A stretch of DNA of 64,000 bases from Pseudomonadales bacterium (GCA_046710535.1 JBKEHH010000003.1:187969-251968); one strand, 5' to 3'. Numbered from the stretch's first letter, positions 1-10,154 are shown. The notes: generated by a model not told the origin, from the sequence alone. Translations and numbers: made by a program.

Positions 1-116
1 GTAAAATAAATACCTTACATTAGCGAGCTGTAAGCTAGCCTAAGGCTGATGTTCTGCTAAACTAGGGACCCTGCAACACGCTAACAATGCACTTATCGGT
101 ATTACTGGAGCTGACG

Positions 117-1523
117 TTGAAAAAACTAACCTTATTAGCAATGCTACTATTTAGCGCAAACGCCACCATGGCCGATACGCTAACTGATATCTACGAACTA
201 GCGCTCAAAAATGATCCAACGTTAAGAGCTGCACAAGCCAATTATCGTGCCGGCTTAGAATCTGAAAATATCGGTTTAGCTGGCTTGCTGCCACAAATTA
301 ATGCCAATGCAAACTATACCGATAGTGAAAATGAAACTGTTGGCTCTTCCGCCTTCGGCTCAAACAGCGAAAGTGATGTTATTGCAAAAAGCTGGGGTAT
401 TACCTTAGACCAAAAGCTTTTTGACATGCCCGCTTGGTTTGCGTTTGAGCAAGGCAAACAACTTAATGTACAAGCTGAAGCGCAATTTTCCGCTGACCAA
501 CAAGACTTAGTGGTTCGAGTAGCCGAAGCTTATTTTAACGTGCTGCGGGCGCAAGACAATTTAAGCGCCTCTAAGGCACAAGAAGCTGCCAATAAGCGTC
601 AATTTGAGCAAACCCAACAGCGCTTTGATGTTGGCCTGATTGCGATTACCGACGTCCATGAAGCGCAAGCTAGCTATGATTTATCTGTTGCTACGCGATT
701 AGGCGATCAAGGTAACCTTGGCGTTAGCATGGAGGCTTTGTCGATACTCACAGGCCAACCCCATTATAACTTATGGACCTTAATGTCTAACTACCCTATA
801 ACCAACCCAGACCCAATGGATAAAGACCAGTGGGTAGAGTTTGCTTTGACCAATAACTACAATTTGAAAGTTGCCAAAGCCGCCCGCGATGCGTCGCACA
901 GCCAAGCTAAATCAAGTAAATACCAGCATATGCCGAAACTAACCGCTAGATTAGGTTACGATGATACAAATACCGATGGATCAAACACATATGATATAGG
1001 CGGTCCAATCCCGTCTCGTAGTTACGAAAACGATACTGACGGAACTTCAGTCAGCCTAACCCTAACCATGCCGATATATGCGGGCGGAGCCACTAGCGCC
1101 AATAGTCGCCGCGCCTATGAGCAGTTCAATGCCAGCCTTGAAAACTACGCCGGGGCAATGCGCACAACGGTACAAACCACCCGTGCATTTCACTTAACGG
1201 TAGAGACTGACGTCGCTAGAACAGCCGCGCGTAAACAAGCCATCACCTCAAGCCAAAGTGCATTGGATGCGACGCAGGCAGGTTATGAAGTGGGAACTCG
1301 TAATATTGTTGACGTGTTGAATGTGCAGCAATCGCTGTATAGCGCCATCCGCGACTATGCTAATACACGTTATAACTACATTGTTAACATGCTTAGACTA
1401 AAGCAGTTAGCGGGGACTTTAAGTCCGCAAGATATTTACGATTTAAACAAATGGCTAGAAATGCCAGCTGCGGCTGCTGCCTCAGACAATACTGTTACGG
1501 TAATTGGCGACTTACAACAGTAA
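117..1523 (+). CDS. tolC: TolC family outer membrane channel
   Basis: Signal peptide followed by 'LTDIYELALKNDP', 'RFDVGLIAITDVHEAQA', 'GYEVGTRNIVDVL' TolC motifs; TTG start at 117 after GGAG (ORF track starts at 87). Confidence 0.92.
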   Translation: MKKLTLLAMLLFSANATMADTLTDIYELALKNDPTLRAAQANYRAGLESENIGLAGLLPQINANANYTDSENETVGSSAFGSNSESDVIAKSWGITLDQKLFDMPAWFAFEQGKQLNVQAEAQFSADQQDLVVRVAEAYFNVLRAQDNLSASKAQEAANKRQFEQTQQRFDVGLIAITDVHEAQASYDLSVATRLGDQGNLGVSMEALSILTGQPHYNLWTLMSNYPITNPDPMDKDQWVEFALTNNYNLKVAKAARDASHSQAKSSKYQHMPKLTARLGYDDTNTDGSNTYDIGGPIPSRSYENDTDGTSVSLTLTMPIYAGGATSANSRRAYEQFNASLENYAGAMRTTVQTTRAFHLTVETDVARTAARKQAITSSQSALDATQAGYEVGTRNIVDVLNVQQSLYSAIRDYANTRYNYIVNMLRLKQLAGTLSPQDIYDLNKWLEMPAAAAASDNTVTVIGDLQQ

Positions 1524-2760
1524 GTAGTTTTTCGAGGCCGCCCCGATTGCTGTCTTGCATCCGGGCCGCTGCATCACCCATCTGCTTGGCGTAGTCTGCA
1601 TCACTAAATAACGTTAGCAGCTGCGCGCTGATTTCCATGGCATCATTGGTGGTTTCCATTGCGCCAGCGATAATTAACCCTGCAGCTATTTCAGCAAAAT
1701 TGAACACACTAGATCCAGATAATATAGGCAAGCCCCATACCGCAGCTTCCAACATATTGTGCCCACCATTTGCCACCAAACTACCACCGATAAAAGCACT
1801 ATTGGCAGTGCCGTAGAGCGCCATCAATTCACCCATGGTATCGGCTAACAAAACCTGACAACTATCTGCCACCGGCTCATCGCTAGAACGTCTAGCAGTG
1901 GCTAGGCCAGCGCTTTGGCATAACTTATAAACACTTTCAAAGCGCTCGGGGTGACGCGGCACGATAACTAACAATGCGTTGTCAAACTTCTGCAACAAGC
2001 ACTGATGGGCTTGCAGTAGGATCTCGTCTTCGCCTTTGTGGGTGCTGGCCGCAATCCAAACGGGCCGATTTAGCAACTTCCATTGATCTCGCCACTGGGA
2101 TGCTTGGCGAGTAACTTTATCGGTGAGGGAGATATCAAACTTTATACTACCGCAAACTTCTACTCGTTCAGGCGGCAAGCCCAAATTAGTAAAACGCTGC
2201 TTTTCAGTTTCGGTTTGTACCGCAACACAGCTTATTTTTTGCAACATGGGCTTAGTAATCGCCGCAAAGCGTTCATAACCTCGCGCTGATTTTTCTGACA
2301 AGCGCGCATTCGCAATAACCACTGGCACATTACTTTTAGCGCAGCCATCAATTATGTTGGGCCACAGCTCTGTTTCCATAATAATGCACTGCAATGGTTT
2401 TACTGTAGCGATAAACCTCGCTACTGAGCCCGGTAAATCATAGGGCACATAGGCTCGATAAACCGAATCGCCAAAGGACTTTTTAACCTGAGCGCTGCCG
2501 GTGGTGGTGGTACTAGTAATCAATAACGGCAGTGTTGGATACTGCTGTAGTAGTTTTTTAACCATACCCTCACTGGCTATCGTCTCGCCGACAGAAACCG
2601 CATGTATCCAAATACACCCCGTAGGAATATTTGAGACAAAGCCGTAACGCTCTATCAATCTATCGCGGTGGACAGGGTTTTGCAGCGACCGCCAAAATAA
2701 GCGACCTACAATAATAGGTTGCAGCAGATACAAAATAGTAGAATAGAAAAATAATGGCAT
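1495..2760 (-). CDS. waaA: 3-deoxy-D-manno-octulosonic acid (Kdo) transferase
   Basis: 'IWIHAVSVGE', 'IMETELWPN', 'NARLSEKSARGY', 'AASTHKGE', 'VPRHPERF', 'GGHNMLEAA'. Confidence 0.96.
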   Translation of the reverse strand: MPLFFYSTILYLLQPIIVGRLFWRSLQNPVHRDRLIERYGFVSNIPTGCIWIHAVSVGETIASEGMVKKLLQQYPTLPLLITSTTTTGSAQVKKSFGDSVYRAYVPYDLPGSVARFIATVKPLQCIIMETELWPNIIDGCAKSNVPVVIANARLSEKSARGYERFAAITKPMLQKISCVAVQTETEKQRFTNLGLPPERVEVCGSIKFDISLTDKVTRQASQWRDQWKLLNRPVWIAASTHKGEDEILLQAHQCLLQKFDNALLVIVPRHPERFESVYKLCQSAGLATARRSSDEPVADSCQVLLADTMGELMALYGTANSAFIGGSLVANGGHNMLEAAVWGLPILSGSSVFNFAEIAAGLIIAGAMETTNDAMEISAQLLTLFSDADYAKQMGDAAARMQDSNRGGLEKLLTVVSRQLP

Positions 2761-2897
2761 AGCAGCTAGTTTAACGGCTAAAACAACTCATAGCATCATC
2801 TAGCACTAGACTTAGTGATTTATTAGGGAAATTAGCACTGATCTAAAACCACTAAAAACTCGTAAAACATACAAACTTAGTATAAAAAAACTTTATT

Positions 2898-3701
2898 GTG
2901 AAACATCTTATTAGCCTCAGCTCTTTCTTCTGGGTAGCCATTAATTTATCTCTTGGCCTATCTTTGCTGTTGCCTATCGCCATCATAAATTGGCTATTCC
3001 CTGTCGCCATTGTTTCTCATGCTAGTTTTTTTCTGGTTGATCATATTTATCGCTTTGCGGTAAAAGTAGATAGCTTCTGGATGCAGAGAGTCGTTGGCAT
3101 TGAACTAATTATTAACGGCAGCCCCAATACGCACCTTACGCCGGTGGTAATTTGCAATCATCAGTCTTGGTTTGATATCCCACTAATTCAAGAAGTTATT
3201 ACTGGCAAAGGGCCGATTGTTAAGTTTCTGATTAAACGAGAGCTGGCTTGGGTGCCAATTATTGGCTGGATCTGTTTAGCGCTTAATTTTCCCAGACTGC
3301 GCCGCAGTAAAGAGACTAGTGATCGAAAAGCCGATTTTTCTATTATTCAACAAGCATCGAAAAGCCATGGCGAAGACTCGGGAGCCTTATTAATTTTCCC
3401 AGAAGGGACACGATTCACCAAAGCCAAACAAGCAAAGCAGCAATCACCCTATGAACATCTGTTAAAACCAAAAATAGGCGGCCTAAAGATGATCAAGGGC
3501 CATGCTGATGCGGGAACAATGCTGGTAGATGTAACAATTAATTATCACCAGCAAGGCGTTCGGATCTGGAACTGCCTGCACGGCAACCCCAAGAAAATTA
3601 CCATTACCTTAGATCATTGTCCACTCGACAATATAGAAGATGTTGCCAGCTGGCTAAACCAACGCTGGCAAGAGAAAGATAAATTGTTGTCTACTGCCTA
3701 A
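2898..3701 (+). CDS. 1-acyl-sn-glycerol-3-phosphate acyltransferase family protein (YihG-like)
   Basis: PlsC-family 'NHQSWFD' and 'IFPEGTRF' motifs; 'HLLKPKIGG'. Confidence 0.85.
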   Translation: MKHLISLSSFFWVAINLSLGLSLLLPIAIINWLFPVAIVSHASFFLVDHIYRFAVKVDSFWMQRVVGIELIINGSPNTHLTPVVICNHQSWFDIPLIQEVITGKGPIVKFLIKRELAWVPIIGWICLALNFPRLRRSKETSDRKADFSIIQQASKSHGEDSGALLIFPEGTRFTKAKQAKQQSPYEHLLKPKIGGLKMIKGHADAGTMLVDVTINYHQQGVRIWNCLHGNPKKITITLDHCPLDNIEDVASWLNQRWQEKDKLLSTA

Positions 3702-3710
3702 CAGATTTTT

Positions 3711-3998
3711 TTATTGCCCTAGCAGTGATTGGCCAATGTAAACACGCGCATCTTTAGCGTTTTCCACACAGGTATCAAAATTTTCAAACGTTTGCATTGT
3801 CTTACCCGCAGTCAACATACTTAGCGCTTTGGTGTAACTAACTGAACCGGCAAAACCTTTGGCTTCGGCTACATCTAACTGTTCCCAGGCTGCCCTCATT
3901 TGAATAGCACATTCATCACGATAAGCCTGCTTACCGGCACATGCCGATAACAATATAGCAATTGAAATCGCACCTAGCGATAATAATTTTTTATTCAT
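3711..3998 (-). CDS. Small hypothetical lipoprotein
   Basis: MNKK-hydrophobic-LSAC lipobox, two further Cys; GAGG RBS before ATG 3998. Confidence 0.7.
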   Translation of the reverse strand: MNKKLLSLGAISIAILLSACAGKQAYRDECAIQMRAAWEQLDVAEAKGFAGSVSYTKALSMLTAGKTMQTFENFDTCVENAKDARVYIGQSLLGQ

Positions 3999-4053
3999 AA
4001 CTTCCTCTTTACACTTATTCAATAAATTCAAACTGACTGTCGTTTACTCACCA

Positions 4054-4704
4054 CTACTCTTCGTCTCGATAGTAAGTTAGCACCCGCCCACCTTTGACTT
4101 CAGTTTGCAGCGCCATCCAAACATTGCTGTCGTCATACCACAAGTCAATAAACGCATCTTCGGCAAACAACCGGTATTGGGTCGCAGCACTGGCGTTACC
4201 GCCAAATTTAAAGCTCGACTCACCCAGCGCGGTTAGCTCTGCTGGAACATATTCACCGGTTTGGGAGTTCAATAGATATTCTGCCTGTAATCGCGTTACG
4301 TCCCAATAAGCAAAACTGCTTACACAGCTAGTTAAACGAGCATTGTGCTCAACGCTCTCTACCTGTACCGCACCCTCGACAACAGAAGATTTAACAAATT
4401 CTCTATCGCTGTTTTCAGTAGTGGTTGAATTAAGACTGACTAAGCAGCCTTGCTGCCACACTTCATCGGCTTGGTGGCGATAGCTAAACACATTGATGAA
4501 AAATATTTCTGTATCAAAACTAGCCTCTATGCTTACCGCCTCTCCGCCGTCAATTGGGCTAATAGTATGCTTATGAAAGCCAATTTCATCGTTATCTAAA
4601 AACACTTTGAATTTTAACTGCTGGGCATTATTTTCACTGGCATCGGCGAAACTCCACATCGCCAAACAAGTGAGCATCACAACAGGAAGCAGCAATTTAG
4701 TCAT
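4054..4704 (-). CDS. Exported protein, DUF6134-like
   Basis: Signal peptide; 'FKVFLDNDEIGFH', 'YRHQADEVWQQGCL', 'SFAYWD', 'LLNSQTGE', 'IDLWYD' resemble DUF6134 proteins. Confidence 0.65.
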   Translation of the reverse strand: MTKLLLPVVMLTCLAMWSFADASENNAQQLKFKVFLDNDEIGFHKHTISPIDGGEAVSIEASFDTEIFFINVFSYRHQADEVWQQGCLVSLNSTTTENSDREFVKSSVVEGAVQVESVEHNARLTSCVSSFAYWDVTRLQAEYLLNSQTGEYVPAELTALGESSFKFGGNASAATQYRLFAEDAFIDLWYDDSNVWMALQTEVKGGRVLTYYRDEE

Positions 4705-4778
4705 TCGAATAACCTGTTTAGTAAAGTTGTAATTATTTACGAACAAAGCCGCTAATTAGATGTGACAGATGACTAGTG

Positions 4779-5075
4779 CTATAGCGTAGAGTCGTTGCTA
4801 ATAGTACTACTACTGTCGGTAAGCTTTACCACCGCCTTTTGCAGAACAAGCGAGTTGGGGCATGTTATTAAATCTCCGCGGCGCTTTATAGGTAAATAGG
4901 TAACCATTAATATGGCATAAAAGACCACCAGCCCAATGCTTACGGTTTTAACAACATATTTGGAACGATAAGGACTAACCGATTTAGCTCACACCAGCCT
5001 ATCAATTACCTTGATTGAAAATCGAATACTTAACAACAGCGCAGCCAAAAAACCTACCATCACCAAAATAGTCAC
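4779..5075 (-). pseudogene. Remnant of small mechanosensitive ion channel (MscS family) gene
   Basis: Not in ORF track. GTG at 5075 directly after upstream TAA; 99 codons with one internal TGA (4991-4989); two hydrophobic segments followed by 'RRGDLITCPNSLVLQKAVVKL', like the MscS beta-domain end; central region appears absent. Confidence 0.7.
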
Positions 5076-5561
5076 TTACTTTTTGCTCTGCTGTACCAAT
5101 GTGTCTAACCTTTCGTGTAGGCGCATTAATTCTAATTCAAGTTTCAAATTTATTTCAAATGCCGCATCTTGTTTTAAACGGTCTTTTTCGGCTTGTCGAT
5201 TTTGTGACATCATAATTATTGGCGCCTGAAAAGCAGCCAAGCTAGACAACCCTAAATTTAGCAATATGAAGGGAAACGGATCAAAAACATTATCGCCAAT
5301 CAGCCAATAAACATTAATCATTATCCAAGCAATAATAAAAAGAAAAAATAGCCCGATAAAACTCCAAGAACCACCGAAAGTGGCAATTTTATCGGCAGCT
5401 AACTGACCGAAACTCAAACCGTTATGAAATTCTTTATTGACGTTGGCACTTACGGATGTATTCCCAGCAATACTCTCAATAACTCTCTGCTCGACTGAAC
5501 TTAAGTCACTAAATGATTGCCCTAGCAGCGCATTCGCTAGATTTTCAAAATACTTTTTCAT
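5076..5561 (-). CDS. DUF1003 domain membrane protein
   Basis: 'ADKIATFGGSWSFI', 'FDPFPFILLNLGLS', 'QAPIIMMSQNRQ...DR'. Confidence 0.9.
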   Translation of the reverse strand: MKKYFENLANALLGQSFSDLSSVEQRVIESIAGNTSVSANVNKEFHNGLSFGQLAADKIATFGGSWSFIGLFFLFIIAWIMINVYWLIGDNVFDPFPFILLNLGLSSLAAFQAPIIMMSQNRQAEKDRLKQDAAFEINLKLELELMRLHERLDTLVQQSKK

Positions 5562-6472
5562 TATAAGGCTCTGTTTTGTGCATCCATAAAGCTATCGTAG
5601 TGTTTCACTACTGCCGCCGGATCTTCTACCTGCGGATAATGCCCTATGCTCGCTAATACGCCAAGATAATCTAATCGACATTCAAGTTCTTTATAGCGCG
5701 CCACCATATGCGCACCAGAAACAGGGTCAACCGAGCCATTAATTAGTGCCAGTGGAATAGTTGATTGTTGCAATGCCGCCACCCAGCGCTGTCGATGTAA
5801 CTTGCGATCTCGTATATAGGTAATTAAATTGTGAAAAATATGTTTGCCGTCTTTCTCATTGATTAGCTGCCAAAATATCTGTAGCTCTTCTTCTGTCGGT
5901 TTGGTTTGTTCGCCAAATACTGAACTAAAGTTGGCACTAAATTGTTTATAGCCGGCTAATTTGTTTACCAACGCACCTAGCGGGCTAAGTAATAATTTTT
6001 GCGTCAATATCGCTCTATGTGTTTCAGGAAATAAACCACCATTTAAAAAACAGCACGATAACCATTCACCCGCGCCTAAACCTTTCTGTTGCCTCGCCAA
6101 TAGTTCTTGGGCCACCGTATCTCCGTAATCGTGAGCCAATACGTGAAACTTATCTAAGGATTTGGCCACAACCAGGGCCTCAACGATGTCAGCCTGGCCA
6201 TGAATCGAGTAACTGCTTACATTGGGCTTATCTGAATAACCAAAACCCAACATATCTAGTGCAACTAGGCGAAAACGTGTTTTCAGTTCATCCCAAACAC
6301 CACTCCAGTCCCAACTTGACGTTGGAAAACCATGGATCAGTAGCAGGGTCGGCAATTGACTATCGCCGTCGTCTTTAACAAATATTTGATGACCGCATAA
6401 ATCTAGCCATTCGCCACTAGCCTTCCAACTAGCAAGGTCATTGTTTAGCTTACCTGCATTTTCAAAACTCAT
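5561..6472 (-). CDS. Alpha/beta hydrolase (epoxide hydrolase/MEST-like)
   Basis: 'HGFPTSSWDW', 'DMLGFGYSDKP', nucleophile 'AHDYG', 'GHYPQVE'. Confidence 0.9.
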   Translation of the reverse strand: MSFENAGKLNNDLASWKASGEWLDLCGHQIFVKDDGDSQLPTLLLIHGFPTSSWDWSGVWDELKTRFRLVALDMLGFGYSDKPNVSSYSIHGQADIVEALVVAKSLDKFHVLAHDYGDTVAQELLARQQKGLGAGEWLSCCFLNGGLFPETHRAILTQKLLLSPLGALVNKLAGYKQFSANFSSVFGEQTKPTEEELQIFWQLINEKDGKHIFHNLITYIRDRKLHRQRWVAALQQSTIPLALINGSVDPVSGAHMVARYKELECRLDYLGVLASIGHYPQVEDPAAVVKHYDSFMDAQNRAL

Positions 6473-6537
6473 CTCTACTCCGAATTCACCGTCTATTAGT
6501 TGACTAACAATTATCTATTAGAGCATATTAAATTAAA

Positions 6538-6559
6538 CTGAACTTGACGTCTAGTTCAG
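6538..6559. promoter_or_regulatory. Probable TetR operator overlapping divergent promoters
   Basis: CTGAACTTGACGTCTAGTTCAG: 22-bp inverted repeat with one mismatched pair; contains TTGACG (-35-like), TATATT (-10-like) at 6568-6573. Confidence 0.75.
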
Positions 6560-6624
6560 GTTTTAGGTATATTGCATCAATATCGGTCCAACAACGGCAA
6601 AGAATCCACCACTAGAGCCAGCCA

Positions 6625-7242
6625 ATGAAAGCACTTCCAACCCAAACCAGAGCCAAACAAAAACGCGGCGCATTGATTATCGCAGCGACAGAGTGTTTTG
6701 CTGAACACGGCTATGACAACACCACCGCAAAAACTATTGCTAGCGCGGCCAATGTTGCTACTGGCACTTTTTACCAATATTTCGATAACAAAGAAGACAT
6801 GCTGCGGGTAATAGCGCAGCAGCGGATGGAAGATCTTTATCAACAAGTGCCATCGGCAAAAGAATTATTTGCGCTCAGTGAAAAGGCTTATAAAGACAGT
6901 GCAAAAGCAGGTACTACCCAACAGATTTTTCACCATGTGCTAGAACTTATTTATGCCTTTCACGAACAAGCGCCCGAACTGCATCAAGTATTAGAGCAAC
7001 GTAAAGAGTTAGACCCCGAGCTAGCCGAAATTTTAGCGCAAGGAGAGATTTTACTGCATGAGCGAGTATTACAGTTCGTGCAAAGCTTCAACATTAAAAC
7101 CGCGGATGCCGTTGCATTTAACCTTTTCGCCATGGCCGAAGGGTTGGTGCATCGCCACGTATTCGGCAACCCCACACAATCGAAAGCAGTCACACTGCAA
7201 TTGGGTGCTGCCATGCTCGCCAGCTATTTCGACAATTTATAA
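6625..7242 (+). CDS. TetR/AcrR family transcriptional regulator
   Basis: N-terminal HTH 'FAEHGYDNTTAKTIASAANVATGTFYQYFDNK'. Confidence 0.93.
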   Translation: MKALPTQTRAKQKRGALIIAATECFAEHGYDNTTAKTIASAANVATGTFYQYFDNKEDMLRVIAQQRMEDLYQQVPSAKELFALSEKAYKDSAKAGTTQQIFHHVLELIYAFHEQAPELHQVLEQRKELDPELAEILAQGEILLHERVLQFVQSFNIKTADAVAFNLFAMAEGLVHRHVFGNPTQSKAVTLQLGAAMLASYFDNL

Positions 7243-7261
7243 CTATTACAGGCAATAACCC

Positions 7262-9139
7262 ATGAGTTCATTACCACTAGTAGATACTTTGATACAAAAT
7301 GCCAAAATTTTTAATAATGGCGAACCTGCTGTTATCGAGGATATTGCAATAGCCGACGGTAAAATTGTCGCGCGGGGCGAAAACCTCGACACAGAAAGCG
7401 CTGCGCGAGTGATTGACGGCAGCGGCAAATGGCTAATGCCAGGGTTTTTTGACATTCATACCCACTACGACTTAGAGCTAGAAGTCGCCCCAGGATTACC
7501 TGAGTCGGTTAGGCATGGAACAACCAGTGTTGTCATCGCTAACTGTAGTTTAGGGCTGGCCTTTGGCAACCAACGCAGTGGTGAGATAGACCCTATTGTC
7601 GACTGCTTTGCCCGAGTGGAAAACCTACCCAAGTCATTGCTGCGCACCTGTGCAGACAATGTAAGCTGGGACTCACCAAAAGCCTATTTAGAACATTTAG
7701 ACCAGCTTAACCTTGGCCCGAACGTGGTAACCATGGTGCCGCACTCGATGCTACGCATTGATGCAATGGGCTTTAACGACAGCATTAGCCGTGACCCAAC
7801 TGAGGCTGAATTAACAACCATGCAAACTAATCTTGGCGATGCGCTAAAACTAGGCTACGCCGGTTTTTCTACCGACGCCCTGCCGTTCCACTACTTAGCA
7901 AACCATCCCAACTGTGAGAAAAAAATACCGACCCAATTTGCTAAATATGATGAGCTTAAAAAGCTGACTCAAGTAGTGCGCGAACACGACGCCTTGTGGC
8001 AAGCAACACCGCCTAAAGACAGTGCTGTTGATACTATAAAAACCTTTTTGCTCACCAGCGGCAAACTGCATAAAAAACCACTGAGAGTGACCGTAGTAGC
8101 AGCATTAGATGTAGCCAATAACTGGAAAATTTTAAAGCTGGCTAAAGTTCTCGCCAAAGTTTTAAACTCCAAATTTGTGCAAGGAGAGTTTCATCTTCAA
8201 GCCTTAGGCGCACCGTTTAAGGTATGGTCAGACGGCGCAATAACTCCCTTGTCAGAAGAAATCCCTGAACTAAGAAAGCTTAACGAAACAGACCTGGAAG
8301 ACCGCGCAGCTAGACTAAGCATTCTTAATGATTCGGATTATATTAAAACGTTTCGGGCGATGTGGCTTAAAGGCAAGCAAGGCTGGGGCTTGGCAAGACT
8401 AAAACGTATTTTGAATCTTGAAGATTATGCCTTTAATCGCAAATTGAGCGACATGACCGTAGAAGGCTGTCCGATTGATCATTGGGTTGGCATGAACATG
8501 CAAAACCTGCTTGATCGCATCATAGCGATAAAAGGCGGTAAAATTCCCAGCGACATCAATGAGCAAGAACAAGAAATTATTAGCCGGGACTTCTTTTGGA
8601 TTAGCGATGAAGCGGACTTCATGCTGCAGCTACTGAGAACCTTCGACTTTGATCTTAGCTGGAGCACCGTCACCGCTAATCGCAACCCAGAGACAACCCG
8701 CGAGTTACTAATGAATCCGTTGCTTATCCCTGGATTTAACGACTGCGGTGCGCATCTAACCAATATGGCTTTTTATGACGTTAACTTGCGTAGCCTGAAG
8801 CTAGCGTCTAGCGGCGGCGACAAAGATCTCACTTATATTGTGAAGCGTTTGACTAAAGATGCGGCAGATTTATTTGGCGTTAAAGCCGGCACCATTAACG
8901 AAGGCGATGTGGCCGACTTAATTTTAGTCGACCCGCAGCAGCTTGCCACTTATGACGGTGAAGCTAATGTCATTCGTCAGTTCCGCACTGAATATAACCA
9001 TGAGCAGTTGGTTAATCGCTCTGACGGCGTTGTGCCACTGGTGATGATTGGCGGAAATATTGCCTGGGAGAATGATGACTTTAGTGGTGAACTTGGTGAA
9101 AAGCCAATGGGCCGACTGCTTAAAGCCTGTACAGCCTAA
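7262..9139 (+). CDS. N-acyl-D-amino-acid deacylase family amidohydrolase
   Basis: 'MPGFFDIHTHYD', 'ESVRHGTTSVVIANCSL', 'DCGAHL', 'ADLILVDP'. Confidence 0.87.
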   Translation: MSSLPLVDTLIQNAKIFNNGEPAVIEDIAIADGKIVARGENLDTESAARVIDGSGKWLMPGFFDIHTHYDLELEVAPGLPESVRHGTTSVVIANCSLGLAFGNQRSGEIDPIVDCFARVENLPKSLLRTCADNVSWDSPKAYLEHLDQLNLGPNVVTMVPHSMLRIDAMGFNDSISRDPTEAELTTMQTNLGDALKLGYAGFSTDALPFHYLANHPNCEKKIPTQFAKYDELKKLTQVVREHDALWQATPPKDSAVDTIKTFLLTSGKLHKKPLRVTVVAALDVANNWKILKLAKVLAKVLNSKFVQGEFHLQALGAPFKVWSDGAITPLSEEIPELRKLNETDLEDRAARLSILNDSDYIKTFRAMWLKGKQGWGLARLKRILNLEDYAFNRKLSDMTVEGCPIDHWVGMNMQNLLDRIIAIKGGKIPSDINEQEQEIISRDFFWISDEADFMLQLLRTFDFDLSWSTVTANRNPETTRELLMNPLLIPGFNDCGAHLTNMAFYDVNLRSLKLASSGGDKDLTYIVKRLTKDAADLFGVKAGTINEGDVADLILVDPQQLATYDGEANVIRQFRTEYNHEQLVNRSDGVVPLVMIGGNIAWENDDFSGELGEKPMGRLLKACTA

Positions 9140-9143
9140 CAAC

Positions 9144-9171
9144 AAAAAAGGCGCGGTAGTTACTGCGCCTT
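9144..9171 (-). terminator. Rho-independent terminator between convergent genes
   Basis: AAGGCGCGGTA-GT-TACTGCGCCTT hairpin with A-tract on + (U-tract on -). Confidence 0.75.
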
Positions 9172-9176
9172 CGTCT

Positions 9177-10154
9177 TTATTTTTTTAGATGATCGATAAA
9201 CCATTGCAAGCCTTCACTGCGAGCCTTTGCTAAATTTTCACCTTTATACATATCGTAGTGCTTTACTGGATAAACACTATAGCGTGCGTCCACACGATTT
9301 TTAATCGCATTATATAGTAGCTGTCCATTTTTCGTTGTATCGAACAAAGCTTCCTCTTGGGCATCAATAATCAAAGTAGGAACTGCGAGTTGCTCAGCAT
9401 AAGACATTGGGTTAAACCGTTTCATCGCTACCCAGTCAGGGTAACCCTTTAACTGCGGGCTGGCATTTCCAGTAGGCCCAGGAAATGGTAGCAGCTCTCC
9501 TCTAGCCATCTGCGTCTCGATAGTACGCACATAGTTGGCAGGGATGTCTTTTAAATTATAGTGGTAATTTACCGGACCCATTTGATCGACCAAGGCCTTA
9601 ATACGGCTGTCTTGCGTAGCCATAACAACGGCTAAACCACCGCCCATACTAGTACCCCAAATACCTAAGTTGTCAGCCATTACTTGGGGCTCACCGCCTA
9701 AGTAATATAACGCTGCCCGAACATCTTCCATCATCGATAGTGGATTGATGAATTGTCGAATATGAGTGCCGACTACGTTAACTTCAGCAGATTCATCAAT
9801 TTGGCGCAAAGCTGTTGTCATCACCACAGGTCCATCGCTTTCGCCCCAACTTTTAAAATCAAAAGCTAACACCACAAAACCCGCACTAGCAAAATGCTTG
9901 GCATAATTTCGACCGACATTGCCTTTATTTCCGCCCCAGCCCGGCACCATTAAAATGCCCGGCAATTTGGCATCTGTCGCCAAACCTTTTGGTTTATAAA
10001 TATCACCTGCCAAGCGCACGCCTTGGCTCCAGATAGTAACTTTTTGATGATCTGTATCAGGCTGCTCCACGGCGCTAACGCTCAGCGCAATACCAAAAGA
10101 CAACAGTGCGCCTAATAAACAAATTTTTTGTAGTGAAAGTACTTTAGAAGACAT
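9177..10154 (-). CDS. Exported alpha/beta hydrolase (S9/CocE-like serine hydrolase)
   Basis: Signal peptide; 'GFVVLAFDFKSWGESDG', nucleophile elbow 'GTSMGG', C-terminal 'HYDMY'. Confidence 0.85.
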   Translation of the reverse strand: MSSKVLSLQKICLLGALLSFGIALSVSAVEQPDTDHQKVTIWSQGVRLAGDIYKPKGLATDAKLPGILMVPGWGGNKGNVGRNYAKHFASAGFVVLAFDFKSWGESDGPVVMTTALRQIDESAEVNVVGTHIRQFINPLSMMEDVRAALYYLGGEPQVMADNLGIWGTSMGGGLAVVMATQDSRIKALVDQMGPVNYHYNLKDIPANYVRTIETQMARGELLPFPGPTGNASPQLKGYPDWVAMKRFNPMSYAEQLAVPTLIIDAQEEALFDTTKNGQLLYNAIKNRVDARYSVYPVKHYDMYKGENLAKARSEGLQWFIDHLKK

